This document shows positions 1-9,520 of a DNA stretch of 30,019 nt, one piece after another. Source of the stretch: Gemmatimonadota bacterium. Lineage in GTDB: Bacteria; Gemmatimonadota; Gemmatimonadetes; JACCXV01. Both the position numbers and the translations under genes were made by a program. The stretch lies in contig JACCXV010000125.1 of the NCBI GenBank assembly GCA_013696835.1, forward strand, positions 1 to 30,019. Reading direction: 5' to 3'. The first letter of the stretch is position 1; each line of letters opens with the position of its first letter. The notes below the pieces were generated by a model. It was not told the DNA's origin. It ran no database searches and was given only the letters and a program-made list of their open reading frames with translations.

Positions 1-2736
1 GTGCCGATGAACGGCCCGCTCGACGTGGACTTCACGGTCGCGAGCCGCGACCCGGGGGATCTCTACCCCCAGGGCGGTCCGATGCCGGCGCGGCGGTTCG
101 CAGCGCGCGGGACGGTCACCGGGCCGCGCACCGCGATGGACGTGCGGCTGGCCGTCGAGGCGGAGGGCCTCACCGCGCGGGGCCGGGCCGTGCAGCGCCT
201 CGACGCCACGGCCGCCCTCACCGATCTCGGCCTCCCGTCCTCACGCATGGTGCTGGACGGCACCGCGGCCGGCATCGCCGCGACGGATTCCCTCGTGCTG
301 GACTCGGCCGAGTTCCACGTCGGCTTCGCGGCGGACACCGCGGGCATCTCCGTGGGGGTCCAGGTGGACTCGGTGAGCCGTGCCGACGCGCACGTGGCCG
401 TGCGCCTGGGTGGCGCGGCGCCAACCGTCGTCCTGGACCGCGCGGCGCTCACCCGCAGGGACGCGACCTGGGAACTGCAGCAGCCCGGGAGGCTGACCTA
501 TCGAGGCGGGGAGATCCGCTTCGAGGACTTCGCGCTCGCCCACGAGGAGCAGCGACTCGCGCTCGACGGCACCCTCGACCTCGCCGGAAGGCAGGACCTG
601 CGGTTCGCGCTCGAGAACCTGTCGCTCGAGGACCTGCAGGCGCTCGCGGGAGTGGAGCCGAGCGCCAGCGGGACGCTGAACGGGTCCGTCGCGCTCGCCG
701 GCACGGACCGCGCGCCCACGTTGAGAGGGGAGCTCTCGCTTGCGACCGCGCGGGCCGGAGGCCTGAGCATCCGGCGCCTGGACGCTCGGTTCGACTACGC
801 GAACCGCCGCCTCGGCCTCGACGCGCAGCTCGTGCCGGAGCCCGCGCCGGCGGCTTCCTCGGCCGGGGACGACGATCCCGGCGCGCTGGTGCTGCGCGGC
901 TCGGTGCCGCTCGACCTGGCGTTCCGGGACGCCAGCCAGCGCTTTCCCGACGCGCCCCTGGACCTGCACGTGGAGAGTCGCGGTCTGCGGCTGGACAGCT
1001 TCCGGCCCGCCCCTCCAGGCGGCGCGGCCGCCCCGCCCGCCAGTCAGTCTGCCGACGGTGCTGACACCGCCGCGCGCCCGGGCGCCACGGGGCCGCTGGC
1101 GTTCCGGCTCGACCTCACCGGAACCCCCTCGGCCCCGTTGCTCGAGAGCACCTTCTCGCTCGAGGGGTCGCGTATCAACAGCCTCGACGTGGAGCGCCTG
1201 AGCGGCCGCTTCGGATACGCCCAGCGCGAGCTGAAGCTGGAAGCGGAGCTGGTCGCGAGGATGCCCGCGGCGGCAGCGAAGCCTGCGATGGACGAGGCTG
1301 CGAACGAGGAGGCGGGCACGGCCCCGCTCCAGCGGAGCGCGGAGGGGGAGCGTGCCACGCTGGCGGCGCGAGGGAGCTTCCCCGTCGATCTGGCGCTCGG
1401 CCCGGTGGCTGACCGCACCCCCGACCTCCCGATGGACGTGCGGCTCGAGAGCCGCGGCCTGACCCTCGGGATCGCGCGCTCATTCTCGCCGCGGGTGACC
1501 GAAGCCTCGGGTCCCGTAGAGGTGGGCGTGAGCCTGAGCGGCACTCCGTCGGAGCCGCGCTACTCGGGCGCTCTCACGGTGCGCGACGGGGCTTTCCGCA
1601 TGGGCCGCGACGCGGTGCGCTACTCCGACATCGAGGCCACGGTGCGCTTCGACAACGACCGCATCACCCTCGAGGAGATCCAGGTCTCGTCTCCGGGGGG
1701 CCGGGCGCGCGTGACAGGAGGGATCGCGTTGCGCGAGATGGCGCTAGGCGACATCGACGCGCGCCTCGAGGCACGGCGCTTCACGCTGATCGGCGAAGAG
1801 GACCGGCAGCTGGTGATCGATGCCGACCTGGACCTCAGCGGGACCACACAGGCGCCTTCCGTCGTCGGAAGCGTGAACGTGGAGCAGCTCGAGTGGCCTC
1901 TGCCCGAGCGCAGCGACAAGGAGGTCATCGACGTGGACGAGGCGATCCTCTACGTACGCGCGGAGGGCGACACCGCTCCGCAGCCGCCCCCGCCTCCGGA
2001 CGTCTGGCGCGAGACCCTGCTGGACGTCGACGTGACCATCGAGGACGACGCGTTCCTGCGCAGCCCGCAGGCGCTGATCGTCCTCGAGGGCGACCTCTCG
2101 ATCGCCAAGGAGCGCGGGGCCGACCGGCCCTCGCTGGCCGGCAACATCGACGTCGTGCGCGGCTTCTACTCCGACTTCGGCCGCCGCTTCGAGGTCGCCG
2201 AGGGGCAGGTGGCGTTCTTCGGCACGCCGGACCTGGACCCGGGACTGAACGTGCGGGCTGTGACGGAGGTCGAGAACTCCGACACGGGCCAGGACGTTGA
2301 GATCTCGCTGATCCTGGGCGGGACGGTTGGACAGCTCACGTTCGACGTGGCCTCGAACCCGCCCTACGAGAAGTCCGAGATCTTCTCGCTGCTGCTCTTC
2401 GGCACGACCACGCCAGGGCAGGGGCAGGAGACCGAGTTCCAGAGCACGATCTCGCGCGTGGCGGCGGGGCAGGCGACGGGCTCGCTCTCCCGCGCGCTCG
2501 CCTCGGAGCTGGGGCTGGACCTGCTTGAGATCCAGCCGGGCGCCGGTGGCGGTGCCGGGTTCCGCGCCGGCAAGTACGTCGCGAACGACGTGTTCGTGAC
2601 CTACTCGCAGTCCTCCGCCCCGGAGCAAGAGAACCAGCTCGGCGTCCAGTACCGCCTGTCCCGCCAGTGGACGCTCGAGACGGAGGTGGCACGGCGCCAG
2701 TTCGGGGCCGACCTGTTCTACGAGTTCCAGTATTGA
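1..2736 (+). CDS. tamB: Translocation and assembly module TamB / AsmA-like protein, 5'-truncated by the window edge (paralog 1)
   Basis: Open frame from base 1 to TGA 2734-2736. Long amphipathic beta-strand-rich repeats; DUF490-like C-terminus (L.GT...P...G.V, 'GKY...DVFVTYSQ', 'GVQYRLSRQWTLE') ending in ADLFYEFQY, similar to the aromatic-ended TamB terminus. Confidence 0.85.
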   Translation: MPMNGPLDVDFTVASRDPGDLYPQGGPMPARRFAARGTVTGPRTAMDVRLAVEAEGLTARGRAVQRLDATAALTDLGLPSSRMVLDGTAAGIAATDSLVLDSAEFHVGFAADTAGISVGVQVDSVSRADAHVAVRLGGAAPTVVLDRAALTRRDATWELQQPGRLTYRGGEIRFEDFALAHEEQRLALDGTLDLAGRQDLRFALENLSLEDLQALAGVEPSASGTLNGSVALAGTDRAPTLRGELSLATARAGGLSIRRLDARFDYANRRLGLDAQLVPEPAPAASSAGDDDPGALVLRGSVPLDLAFRDASQRFPDAPLDLHVESRGLRLDSFRPAPPGGAAAPPASQSADGADTAARPGATGPLAFRLDLTGTPSAPLLESTFSLEGSRINSLDVERLSGRFGYAQRELKLEAELVARMPAAAAKPAMDEAANEEAGTAPLQRSAEGERATLAARGSFPVDLALGPVADRTPDLPMDVRLESRGLTLGIARSFSPRVTEASGPVEVGVSLSGTPSEPRYSGALTVRDGAFRMGRDAVRYSDIEATVRFDNDRITLEEIQVSSPGGRARVTGGIALREMALGDIDARLEARRFTLIGEEDRQLVIDADLDLSGTTQAPSVVGSVNVEQLEWPLPERSDKEVIDVDEAILYVRAEGDTAPQPPPPPDVWRETLLDVDVTIEDDAFLRSPQALIVLEGDLSIAKERGADRPSLAGNIDVVRGFYSDFGRRFEVAEGQVAFFGTPDLDPGLNVRAVTEVENSDTGQDVEISLILGGTVGQLTFDVASNPPYEKSEIFSLLLFGTTTPGQGQETEFQSTISRVAAGQATGSLSRALASELGLDLLEIQPGAGGGAGFRAGKYVANDVFVTYSQSSAPEQENQLGVQYRLSRQWTLETEVARRQFGADLFYEFQY

Positions 2737-5700
2737 GTCACGGCACGGCTCCCGGAGACACCGCGCCTCCGTCGGTCGCGCCGCCGACGCCGGCCGGTGG
2801 TGGCGAGGGGGCGGCAGGTCCCCGACGCCGCTCCGGCACGCGCCGAGCCGTGCGGGGTGTGGGGTGGATCCTGATCTGCCTCGTCGGCCTCGTGGCCCTG
2901 GCCGCTCTCGTGGCGGGATTGCTGCTGCGCACGGACTGGGTGCACGAGCGCGTCCGGCTGTTCGCGCTGGAGCGGCTCCGGGCGGCGGTGCAGGGGGAGG
3001 TCGACGTCGCCCGCATCGGCGGAGACCTCCTGCGGGGCATTCGCCTCGAGGGGGTCGCGATCCGCGGCAGGAACGGGGAGCCCTTCCTGAACGTGGAGCG
3101 GCTCGAGGTGGACTACACCGCCGGCGGCTTCCTGGGGCAGAGGATCCTGCTGGGCGACGTCGTCCTGGTGCGGCCGCGCATCACGCTCGTGCAGGACTCT
3201 CTCGGCCAGTGGAACTACCTGCGCATCCTGCCCTTCCTGCGGGGCAGCGAGAAGCCGCGCGACCCCGGCGGCTGGGGCTCCGTGGTGCGGGTCGAGCGGC
3301 TGCGCATCGTGGACGGCGCGCTCGCGGTCACGACCGAGCGCGAGGCGCGCACGTTCGGCCCGCTCGGCGCGGGCCCGGAGCTCACCGGACTCAACGGCAG
3401 CATCCATCTCGACATCTCGCCGGCCAGCGACGGGGACCGGAAGCGCTTCGCGGCCGAGGACCTCGCGTTCGAGCTCCGTGAGCCGTCGCTCTCGGTGCGC
3501 GAGCTGGACGCCCGTGCCGCCTTCACCCCCCGCGGCCTCGCCGTGGACCGGTTTCTCCTGCGCACGGGCGCCAGCGAGGTGGCGGGACGGGGAAGCGTCC
3601 GCAACCTGGCTCGGCCGGTCTTCGACCTGGGGCTGGACGTGACCCCGCTCTCGCTGGCGGAACTGCGGCGCTTCGTCCCTGGGGTTCCCTTCGAAGGCAC
3701 GGTTCGAGGTTCGCTCGGCCTGGTCGGCCCCCTGGCGGATCCCGAGCTGTCGCTGGAGAACGTGGTCCTGCGCACGCCCGGGTCCGTCATCACGGTGCGC
3801 GGGCGCGTGACCACCGAGAAGGGCCCCGTCATCGACGCCAGGATCGCCCTCGAGCCACTCGCTCCGGCCGACGTGCGCGTGCTCTGGGGAGGGTGGCCGC
3901 TGAACGAGCCGGTGCGGGGGAATCTCCAGGTGCGCGGCTCGCTCGACCGAATGGTGGTCGACGGTCCCCTGACATTCGGAGAGACGGTGAGCCAGGTCTC
4001 CGGGAGCCTGGGCCTGGCCGGGCCCGAGCCGAGCTACGACATGCGAATCGCCGCCCGGGGCCTGGACCTCCAGGACATCCTGCACGAGGAGGCCTGGAGC
4101 AGCGTGGTGAACGGTGAGTTCCGCATCTCCGGCCGCGGCCTGGGGACTTCGGCGCGCGCCGCCTTTGGAGGGACGCTGCGCGACACGCGGGTGCTCTTCT
4201 ACGACTTCAGGTCCGGGGCCTTCTCCGGCCGCTTCCGGCCCGGCGCATTCGAGGTGGACAGCTTCACGGTTGCGCTGCCGCAGAGCCGCATCTGGGGCTC
4301 CGGGATCCTGCCCTACGACTACTCGCTGGCCCTCGATCTGCGGGCCGTGAGCCGCAACCTGCAGGACTTCTACCCCGGCGTGGGGCCGATGCCCGCGGCG
4401 CGCTTCGAGGGCCGCGGCAAGCTCGCCGGGCCGTTCTCCGGCATCGACCTCGAGATGACCGCGAGCGCCGAGTCGCTGGCCTGGAACGGCCTCGTCGCGA
4501 GCCGCTTCGAGGGCACGGGCGCCTTTCTCCATCTCGGGCGGCCGGAGTTCCGGATGGCGATCGACGGAACCGGCTCGGACGTGGATTACCTCGGTCCGAT
4601 CCGCTTCGGCACCGCCGAGTTCCACGCCGGCTTCGAAGGCGACACGATGGGCGTGACGGTCGCGGTGCAGATGGACTCGCTGCGCAGCGGAGATGGGCAC
4701 CTGGACATCGACTTCGCGGGCGAGGCTCCCCGCGTCGTGCTCGACCGCGGCACGCTCCAGGTCGACGGCCGCCCCTTCGCGGTCCAGGAGCCCTCGGGAT
4801 TCGCGTACCAGGCTGGCGAGTTCCGCTTCGACGACTTCGCTCTGGCGAACGACCGGCAGCGGATCGCACTCGACGGCACGCTTCGCGTGGACGGCGTCCA
4901 GGACTTCGGCTTCACGCTGCAGAACGTCGCGCTCGAGACGCTCCAGGCCTTCGGCGGGGCGCGGCCGGTGGCGGAGGGGATCTTCAACGGGTCCGGCAGG
5001 GTGACGGGCACCGACCTGGAGCCCGTGATCCAGGGCGCGTTCGACCTCTCCGAGGGCCGGCTGGCGGGTCTGGAGGTCCACCGCCTCGAGGGACGGGTGG
5101 ACTACGCCGGGCGCTCGCTGGGCCTCGACGTGCGCCTGCAGCCGGAGACCCTCGGCGCGGACAGCCTCGGAGACCACGGCTCCATCGCCCTGCGCGGCCG
5201 CCTTCCGGTGGACCTGGCCTTCGGGAGCGTCCCCCCGCGTTTCCCCGACGCCCCGATGGACCTACGGATGGAGAGCGAAGGGTTGAGCCTGGCACTCGTG
5301 CAGGCCTTCAATCCACGGCTGCGCACGGCGTCGGGCCCCCTGCGCTTCGACCTGCGGCTCGCGGGGCGGCCGTCCGCCCCCACCCTGGAAGGCCGCTTCG
5401 AGCTGCAGGAGGGACGCATCGGCAGCCTCGCCATCCACGAGGCGCAGGGGACGATCGGGTACGAGGACCGCGAGATCGAGCTCGACCTGACGCTCGCGCC
5501 CGAGACCGAGTCCGCGGACCGGGAGGAGGACCCCGGGTCGCTTGCCGTGCGCGGGACCTTCCCCGTGGATCTCGCGCTCACGGGCGTCGAGCGGCGCATC
5601 CCGGACCGTCCCATGGACCTCCGCCTGGAGAGCCGGGATCTGAGCCTGGAGCTGCTCGAGTCCTTCTTCCCGCGGATCACGGCCGCCGCCGGGCCGGTGG

Positions 5701-6923
5701 CGATCGACGTGCACCTCGCCGGAAGCCCATCCAGGCCCGAGTACGGAGGCGCGATCACCTTGACCAACGGCCGCCTGCGGGTCGGGGATGGGGCCCTCTA
5801 CTCGCGGATCGGCGGAGCCGTCCGCTTCGACAACGACCAGGTGACCTTCGAGGACGTCCGCGTCTCCTCGGCCACGGGCGATGTCCGGCTCGAGGGTCGT
5901 ATCGCGCTCCGTGAGCTCGCGCTGGGGGACATCCAGGCCTCGCTGCGGGCGCGCCGCTTCACCCTTATCGACGATGGCGGCAAGGAGCTGATCGTGGACG
6001 CCGACGTGACCCTCGCTGGCACGACCTCGCAACCCTCGGTGACGGGCACGGTCAACGTGGAGCAGCTGGAGTGGCCGCTGCCCGAGCGCACCGACCGTGA
6101 CGTGATCGACCTCGACGAGGCCATTCTCTACGTGCGCGCCGAAGGGGACACGGCGGCACCGACGCCCACGCCGGGCGTCTGGAGCCAGGCGCTGATCGAC
6201 CTCGACGTGAGCGTGGAAGACGACGCGATCCTGCGCAGCGACCAGGCGCTCATCGTGCTGGAGGGGGACCTCTCCATCGACAAGTCGCGGGGGCGCGACC
6301 TCCCCTCGATCGCCGGCGGGCTCGACGTGGTGCGCGGCTTCTACTCGGAGTTCGGGGCGCAGTTCGAGATCGAGGAAGGGGAGGTGTTCTTCTACGGCAC
6401 GCCCGAGCTGAACCCGGGCCTGCACATCATCGCCGTCACGGAGGTCCGCAACAGCGCCGACGACCAGGACGTAGAGGTAACGCTCACGGTCGGCGGCACG
6501 GTCGAGCGGCCGACGCTCGAGGTGAACTCGAACCCCGCCTACGAGAAGTCCGAGATCTTCTCGCTGCTGCTGTTCGGCACGCCCAGCCCGGGGCAGGGGC
6601 AGCAGGGCCGCTTCGAGAGCACCGTGGCGCGCGTCGCCAGCACCCAGGCCTCGCTGCCGCTCCAGCGAGCGCTGGCGTCGGAGCTGGGGCTGGACCTGCT
6701 CGAGGTGCAGCCCGGCCTCGGCTCGGATGCGGGCCGCTTCCGTGCCGGCAAGTACGTGGCCAACGACGTGTTCGTCTCGGTGACGCAGGCGACGGGTCCG
6801 CGCGACCGCGACACCTACAGCCAGTTCGGCATCCAGTACCGGCTCTCGCGCAAGTGGACGATCGAGACGCAGGCGGGCACGAGACAGGTCGGCGCGGACA
6901 TCTTCTACGAGTTCCAGTACTGA
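2733..6923 (+). CDS. tamB: Translocation and assembly module TamB / AsmA-like protein, full length (~1396 aa, paralog 2)
   Basis: N-terminal basic patch followed by one hydrophobic helix (RRRSGTRRAVR-GVGWILICLVGLVALAALVAGLLL), then beta-rich repeats and a DUF490-like end (ADIFYEFQY). The start is uncertain. TTG at 2733 overlaps the upstream TGA (TTGA) and is preferred over the track start at 2667; GTG 2850 is an alternative. Confidence 0.85.
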   Translation: MSHGTAPGDTAPPSVAPPTPAGGGEGAAGPRRRSGTRRAVRGVGWILICLVGLVALAALVAGLLLRTDWVHERVRLFALERLRAAVQGEVDVARIGGDLLRGIRLEGVAIRGRNGEPFLNVERLEVDYTAGGFLGQRILLGDVVLVRPRITLVQDSLGQWNYLRILPFLRGSEKPRDPGGWGSVVRVERLRIVDGALAVTTEREARTFGPLGAGPELTGLNGSIHLDISPASDGDRKRFAAEDLAFELREPSLSVRELDARAAFTPRGLAVDRFLLRTGASEVAGRGSVRNLARPVFDLGLDVTPLSLAELRRFVPGVPFEGTVRGSLGLVGPLADPELSLENVVLRTPGSVITVRGRVTTEKGPVIDARIALEPLAPADVRVLWGGWPLNEPVRGNLQVRGSLDRMVVDGPLTFGETVSQVSGSLGLAGPEPSYDMRIAARGLDLQDILHEEAWSSVVNGEFRISGRGLGTSARAAFGGTLRDTRVLFYDFRSGAFSGRFRPGAFEVDSFTVALPQSRIWGSGILPYDYSLALDLRAVSRNLQDFYPGVGPMPAARFEGRGKLAGPFSGIDLEMTASAESLAWNGLVASRFEGTGAFLHLGRPEFRMAIDGTGSDVDYLGPIRFGTAEFHAGFEGDTMGVTVAVQMDSLRSGDGHLDIDFAGEAPRVVLDRGTLQVDGRPFAVQEPSGFAYQAGEFRFDDFALANDRQRIALDGTLRVDGVQDFGFTLQNVALETLQAFGGARPVAEGIFNGSGRVTGTDLEPVIQGAFDLSEGRLAGLEVHRLEGRVDYAGRSLGLDVRLQPETLGADSLGDHGSIALRGRLPVDLAFGSVPPRFPDAPMDLRMESEGLSLALVQAFNPRLRTASGPLRFDLRLAGRPSAPTLEGRFELQEGRIGSLAIHEAQGTIGYEDREIELDLTLAPETESADREEDPGSLAVRGTFPVDLALTGVERRIPDRPMDLRLESRDLSLELLESFFPRITAAAGPVAIDVHLAGSPSRPEYGGAITLTNGRLRVGDGALYSRIGGAVRFDNDQVTFEDVRVSSATGDVRLEGRIALRELALGDIQASLRARRFTLIDDGGKELIVDADVTLAGTTSQPSVTGTVNVEQLEWPLPERTDRDVIDLDEAILYVRAEGDTAAPTPTPGVWSQALIDLDVSVEDDAILRSDQALIVLEGDLSIDKSRGRDLPSIAGGLDVVRGFYSEFGAQFEIEEGEVFFYGTPELNPGLHIIAVTEVRNSADDQDVEVTLTVGGTVERPTLEVNSNPAYEKSEIFSLLLFGTPSPGQGQQGRFESTVARVASTQASLPLQRALASELGLDLLEVQPGLGSDAGRFRAGKYVANDVFVSVTQATGPRDRDTYSQFGIQYRLSRKWTIETQAGTRQVGADIFYEFQY

Positions 6924-6987
6924 GCGCCGGCTCCGAACCCGGTCGCGTCCCGCCGAAGGAAGCCGCAGCCGAATCCGTGCTCTCCGG

Positions 6988-8228
6988 ATGAGCTTGCCCG
7001 AGGCCCGACCCACGCCCCGCACTGCCGCCGTCGCCCTGGTCACCCTCGCCACCTTCACGGATCTCCTCGCCTACACGGTGGCGGTGCCGGTGCTGCCCGA
7101 CCTCGCCACGCGGCTCGGCGCCAGCGCCACGACGATCGGCCTCCTCTTCGGGTCGTTCGGGGTGACCCTGCTGGCCGTGTCGGTGCCCATGGGAGCGGTG
7201 TCTGACCGGATCGGCCGCAAGGGCCCCATGGTGGCTGGAATGGCGGCGCTGGCGGCGGCGACGGTGGCGTTCGCCTTCTCGCGCAGCCTTCCCGTGCTGT
7301 TCGCGGCGCGGCTCGTCCAGGGAGCCGCGGACGCGGTGACCTGGGTAGTGGGCTTCGCGCTGATCGCCGACCTCTATGGCGTCGCGGAGCGCGGTCGCAT
7401 CCTGGGAATCGTGATGGCGGGCACGGGCCTGGGCGTGATGCTGGGGCCCCCGCTGGGCGGCTGGCTCTACGAGATCGGCGGCATGCGCCTCCCGTTCCTG
7501 TCGGTGGCCGGACTGGCCGCGGCGGTGGGTGTGGCGTTCACCGCCCTTCCCACGCCGCCCCGCGCTCCGCAGGAGGCGCGCGTGCCGCTAGCGCGCGTCC
7601 TGGGGTGCCCGCGGTCGCTGCCTGCGTGGGCGCGGCGGCGGTCGGCTCAGCGACGTTCGGGATGCTCGAGCCGGTGCTGCCGCTCACCTGGGAGGCGCGG
7701 TTCGGAGCCAGCCCTCGCGAGGTGGGCATCCTGTTCGGCCTGGGCGCGCTCTGCTCGACGGCCCTGCATCCGGTCTACGGCAGGCTGAGCGATCGCTCGG
7801 GCGGCCGGAGATGGATGCTGCTGGGGCTCATTCTCTCCGGCTGCATCCTGCCGCTGGCGAGCCTCCCCGCTTCCGTGCCGGGGGCGGGCGCCCTCATGCT
7901 CTTCCTGTGGCCGGCGCTCGGGATGACGATCACTCCGTCGCTGGCCTTCATGGCGCAAGCCGCGGCGGCGGCCCGCCTGCAGTCCTACGGTCTCGTCTAC
8001 GGGCTCTACAACCTCGCCTGGGGCGTCGGCCTGCTCTCCGGGCCCGCCGCCGGCGGGTTCCTGCTGGATCGGATCGGCTTCGGGCGCCTGGCCCTGCTCT
8101 GGGGGGTGGGGGTTCTCGTCTCGACGCTGCTGATCGCGCGCGCCTCGCGGACGGCGCCTCCGGGCACCGCTCCTGCCGAGGCGAGGAAGGACCTGCGTCC
8201 CGCGGTCCCGGGAGGCGCGGAGCCGTGA
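6988..8228 (+). pseudogene. MFS transporter (DHA1/SLC18-like), split by a single-base frameshift at the G4 run 7602-7605; may be a sequencing error
   Basis: The 5' frame has MFS motif A (GAVSDRIGRK) and six hydrophobic helices. The 3' frame (7605..8228) continues with more helices and a second motif A-like loop (GRLSDRSGGRR). Adding one G gives VLG-VPAVAAC and a continuous 413-aa protein. Confidence 0.8.
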
Positions 8229-8401
8229 AGGCAGGCGAGACGCGAGATAGAAACAAAAGGGCGCGTTCCGCGTATATTTCCCAAGCCCGGTCGTGGGTCT
8301 CCGCCGCGTGCGGAGGCATCGCGCCGGAAGAAGTCTGTCAAGCGCCGTCCGTCAACCCGATGATCGGCGGCTCCATCCTCAGAAAGTGACGGAACGCAAC
8401 G

Positions 8402-9232
8402 ATGTGGAACAACACCAAGACGCTGCTCCTGATGGCGGTGCTCACCGGATTGTTCGTGGCCGCGGGCTGGGCGCTCGGTGGGGAGCAGATGGCGGTCTTC
8501 GGCCTGTTCATGGCCGGCATCATGAACGTCGGATCCTATTTCTTCTCGGACAAGATCGTCCTGCGCATGTACCGGGCGCGGCTGGTCTCGAGGCAGGAGG
8601 CGCCCGAGTTCCACGAGATCGTGGAGCGGCTCGCCCGCAAGGCCGGGCTGCCGATGCCGAAGGTCGCGATCCTCCCCCAGGCCCAGCCCAATGCCTTCGC
8701 GACCGGGCGCAACCCCGAGCATGCCGTCGTGGCCGCGACGGAGGGCATCCTGAAGATGCTCACGCGGGAGGAGCTGGAGGGCGTCATGGCCCACGAGCTG
8801 GCTCACGTGAAGAACCGCGACATGCTGATCGGCACGATCGCCGCCACGCTGGCCGGGGCGCTGTCGCACCTCGCCTACATGAGCATGTGGGGCGGCCGTG
8901 ATCGCGAGGGCGGGTCGAACGCCCTCGGGCTGGTCATGATGCTGCTCGCACCCCTGGGCGCGATGCTGATCCAGATGGCCATCTCGCGCTCGCGCGAGTT
9001 CGGCGCGGACGCCGGTGGGGCCGAGATCAGCGGACGACCCAGGGCGCTGGCCTCGGCGCTGCAGAAGCTGGAGGCGTACGCGAAGCGGGTCCCCATGGAC
9101 GCGAACCCCGCGACCACGCACCTCTTCATCGTGAATCCCCTGCGCGGCGGCGGGATGGCGAGCCTGTTCAGCACGCATCCCTCGACGGCCAAGCGCGTGG
9201 AGCGCCTGATGCAGATGCAGGGCGTGGGCTGA
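8402..9232 (+). CDS. htpX: Zinc metalloprotease HtpX (peptidase M48B)
   Basis: [12 protein letters not shown]-terminal helices, [21 protein letters not shown] zinc motif, [17 protein letters not shown]. Confidence 0.95.
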   Translation: MWNNTKTLLLMAVLTGLFVAAGWALGGEQMAVFGLFMAGIMNVGSYFFSDKIVLRMYRARLVSRQEAPEFHEIVERLARKAGLPMPKVAILPQAQPNAFATGRNPEHAVVAATEGILKMLTREELEGVMAHELAHVKNRDMLIGTIAATLAGALSHLAYMSMWGGRDREGGSNALGLVMMLLAPLGAMLIQMAISRSREFGADAGGAEISGRPRALASALQKLEAYAKRVPMDANPATTHLFIVNPLRGGGMASLFSTHPSTAKRVERLMQMQGVG

Positions 9233-9293
9233 GCAGGGCAGCGACTCGAGCAAGGGATGGGCTGAGTTTTCCAGGCCCACACCCGGAGGCCGA

Positions 9294-9322
9294 AGAAAGG
9301 GCGGCGACGAGCCGCCCTTTCT
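9294..9322. terminator. Intrinsic terminator after htpX, possibly bidirectional
   Basis: Perfect 12-bp stem AGAAAGGGCGGC / GCCGCCCTTTCT with a 5-nt loop; A-rich 5' base and T-rich 3' base. Confidence 0.75.
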
Positions 9323-9520
9323 CTTGACGACACGGATTCTTGGCCGCCCCGCCACACCTTCCTCACCCCTCTCAGCTAGCCTCCCGCTCCTGCATGCCGG
9401 AGCGTCGTGCCGAGCCGCCGCGCAGGGTCGCGTCCGGTCCGCTGCGCCCGAGCCGCAGGCACGACCCACCGCTCCCTCCGCTCGCGTTCCTCTCCCTGCA
9501 CCGAAAGGCGGATTGCCGGC

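Noticed and set aside
6945-6972. CCGAAGGAAGCCGCAGCC resembling the SRP RNA domain IV motif
   Set aside because: The conserved CAGG side and flanking helix are missing, and the intergenic gap is only 64 nt.
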